Positions 62,542 to 64,000 of a stretch of DNA of 64,000 nt are shown one piece after another. The notes below the pieces were generated by a model. It was given only the letters and a program-made list of their open reading frames with translations, had not been told where the DNA came from and searched no databases. A program made the translations under genes and the position numbers. Positions within the stretch are counted from its first letter, which is position 1; each line of letters opens with the position of its first letter. The DNA comes from Hemiscyllium ocellatum (taxonomy: Eukaryota): positions 95,938,080 to 96,002,079 of the forward strand of contig NC_083410.1 in the NCBI RefSeq assembly GCF_020745735.1, in the 5' to 3' direction.

Positions 62542-63009
62542 AACATAAATCACTAATAAATTGATTTAGAAGTTCAGGAGCACTGAGGGGTATCTTATAG
62601 AAACCTATAAAATTCTAACAGGAGTAGATAGTATAAATGCAGGAATGAGTTTTGCAAAGACCTGGGATTCCAGAACTAGGGAGAGCTGAGAATGTGGACC
62701 ACAGCGAACATGGGAGGTTTATACTTGCAGTGTGTTTATGGGAAAGCTAATGAGGAGTTTGTTGATAGGATGGATTGAGGTTAGTTTGGAGGAGGTTCTT
62801 ATAGGTGTCTCTGTGTTCTGAATTCCAAGCAACAGGAGGAAAATACCCCAGCTGCTGGAAGTCTGAAAACAAAGAACAATTATGATATACATTCAGCTGG
62901 TTCAGCAGCAAATACAGTGTCTAAAATTGAAATAACATTTCAGAAGAGATACAGGAATGTTGTCCTAACTGATCACTCAGTGCAGGAAGTGATCAAGATC
63001 AGAAGTCAC

Positions 63010-63160
63010 TCGACACCAAGTTATAGTCCAAGCAGTTTATTTGAAATAATAAGCTGCTCAAATGGACATCAAGCGCTCCAAAGGCTTGTGAAATCAGATA
63101 AATGCATTGGACTATAACCTGGTGTTGTGTGACTTCTGACATTGTTCACCACAACTCCAC
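63010..63160. mobile_element. PLE family B inverted insertion, decayed
   Basis: ttatagtcca...ggactataacctggtgttgtgtga inverted arms. Confidence 0.7.
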
Positions 63161-63199
63161 ATAGTGGAAGTGATCAAGGCAGAAGTGCAGACTCAACTG

Positions 63200-63712
63200 A
63201 GCTCCTTCTCTGAGGAAGGGCATTCCGGCTACAGAGAGAGTGCACTGATGATTTACCAGACTGACGCCTGGGATCGCAGGACTGATGTGAAGAGAGATTG
63301 GATAGATTTGGACTTTATTCACTTAGAAGAATGAGGGGTATCTCACAGAAATATATAAGATTCTAACAGGTGTAAATTCAAGAACATTGTTTCCAATGAC
63401 CTGGGGGTCAAGAAATAAGGGTCATAGGCTAAGGATACAGGTTAGGGTATTCATGACTAAGACAAAGAGAAATTTCTTCACCCAGAGAATGGTGATCCAG
63501 TGGAATTCGTTGCTACAGAAAGAAGTTGAGGTTAAAACATTCAATAGTTTCAAGCAGGAGGTAGGAATAGTTTTTTTTGGAACAAAAGGGATCAAAGGAT
63601 ATGGGAAGAAAGCAGGAATAGTTGGATGGTTATGCATGATCACATTGAATGATGGCACAGGCTCAAAGGGCTGAATGGCCTACTCCTTGTCCTGTTTTCT
63701 ATATTTCTATGA
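63200..63712 (+). mobile_element. CR1 LINE 3' fragment
   Basis: RNFFTQRMVIQWNSL. Confidence 0.88.
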
Positions 63713-63824
63713 TATCCTTCCAGCAAGTGTCCCAGGTACAATATTATACAACACAGATTTAACTTGATAGCCCACTTCAGGAAGTTTATCTGTCTTATGT
63801 GGTATACAATTGGATGAATTTGTT

Positions 63825-63990
63825 GTTATTTATTCACGGGATAAGGGCATCGCTGGCTGGGCCAGCACTTATTGCCCATCCCTAATTGACCAGAGATCAG
63901 TTAAGAGTCAGCCACATGGCTGTGGGTCTGGAATCACATGAGGTACGGCTGGAATTTTCCTTCCTAAAGGACATTAGTGAACCAGAATAG
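63825..63990 (-). mobile_element. tRNA SINE second family, 3' part
   Basis: Reverse complement of 5885-6060. Confidence 0.8.
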
Positions 63991-64000
63991 TGAATGCCTT

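Overview
This is eukaryotic, repeat-rich cartilaginous-fish DNA. The repeat content suggests a carpet/bamboo shark, which is an inference from the SINE and LINE families. The window is almost entirely intronic sequence of an estrogen receptor alpha-type gene (esr1-like, + strand). Only one coding exon is visible: 50978-51304, 327 nt, phase 1-1, equivalent to human ESR1 exon 4 (hinge plus LBD helices 1-3). The rest is layered mobile DNA: CR1, L2 and RTE LINE fragments, HE1/V-type and other tRNA SINEs, DeuSINE relics, Gypsy relics and solo LTRs, and at least three Penelope-like element (PLE) families. The most interesting signal is the PLE system. All three families carry minimal hammerhead-ribozyme motifs (CTGANGA..GAAA..TH), several with an intact core. 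They insert as outward-facing inverted pairs with a ~33-40 nt one-sided tail and 9-15 bp target-site duplications (TSDs). In three cases a TSD-bounded insertion also contains foreign sequence: a CR1 piece, a CpG-rich piece, or a copy of the nearby esr1 intron. Other notable items are a complex inverted duplication (9423-11601), a diverged non-coding duplicate (32.2 and 37.8 kb), and inverted SINEs bracketing the exon. No prokaryotic features are present. Nearly all ORFs in the supplied track are TE-derived or spurious. Repeat boundaries are approximate, read by eye.
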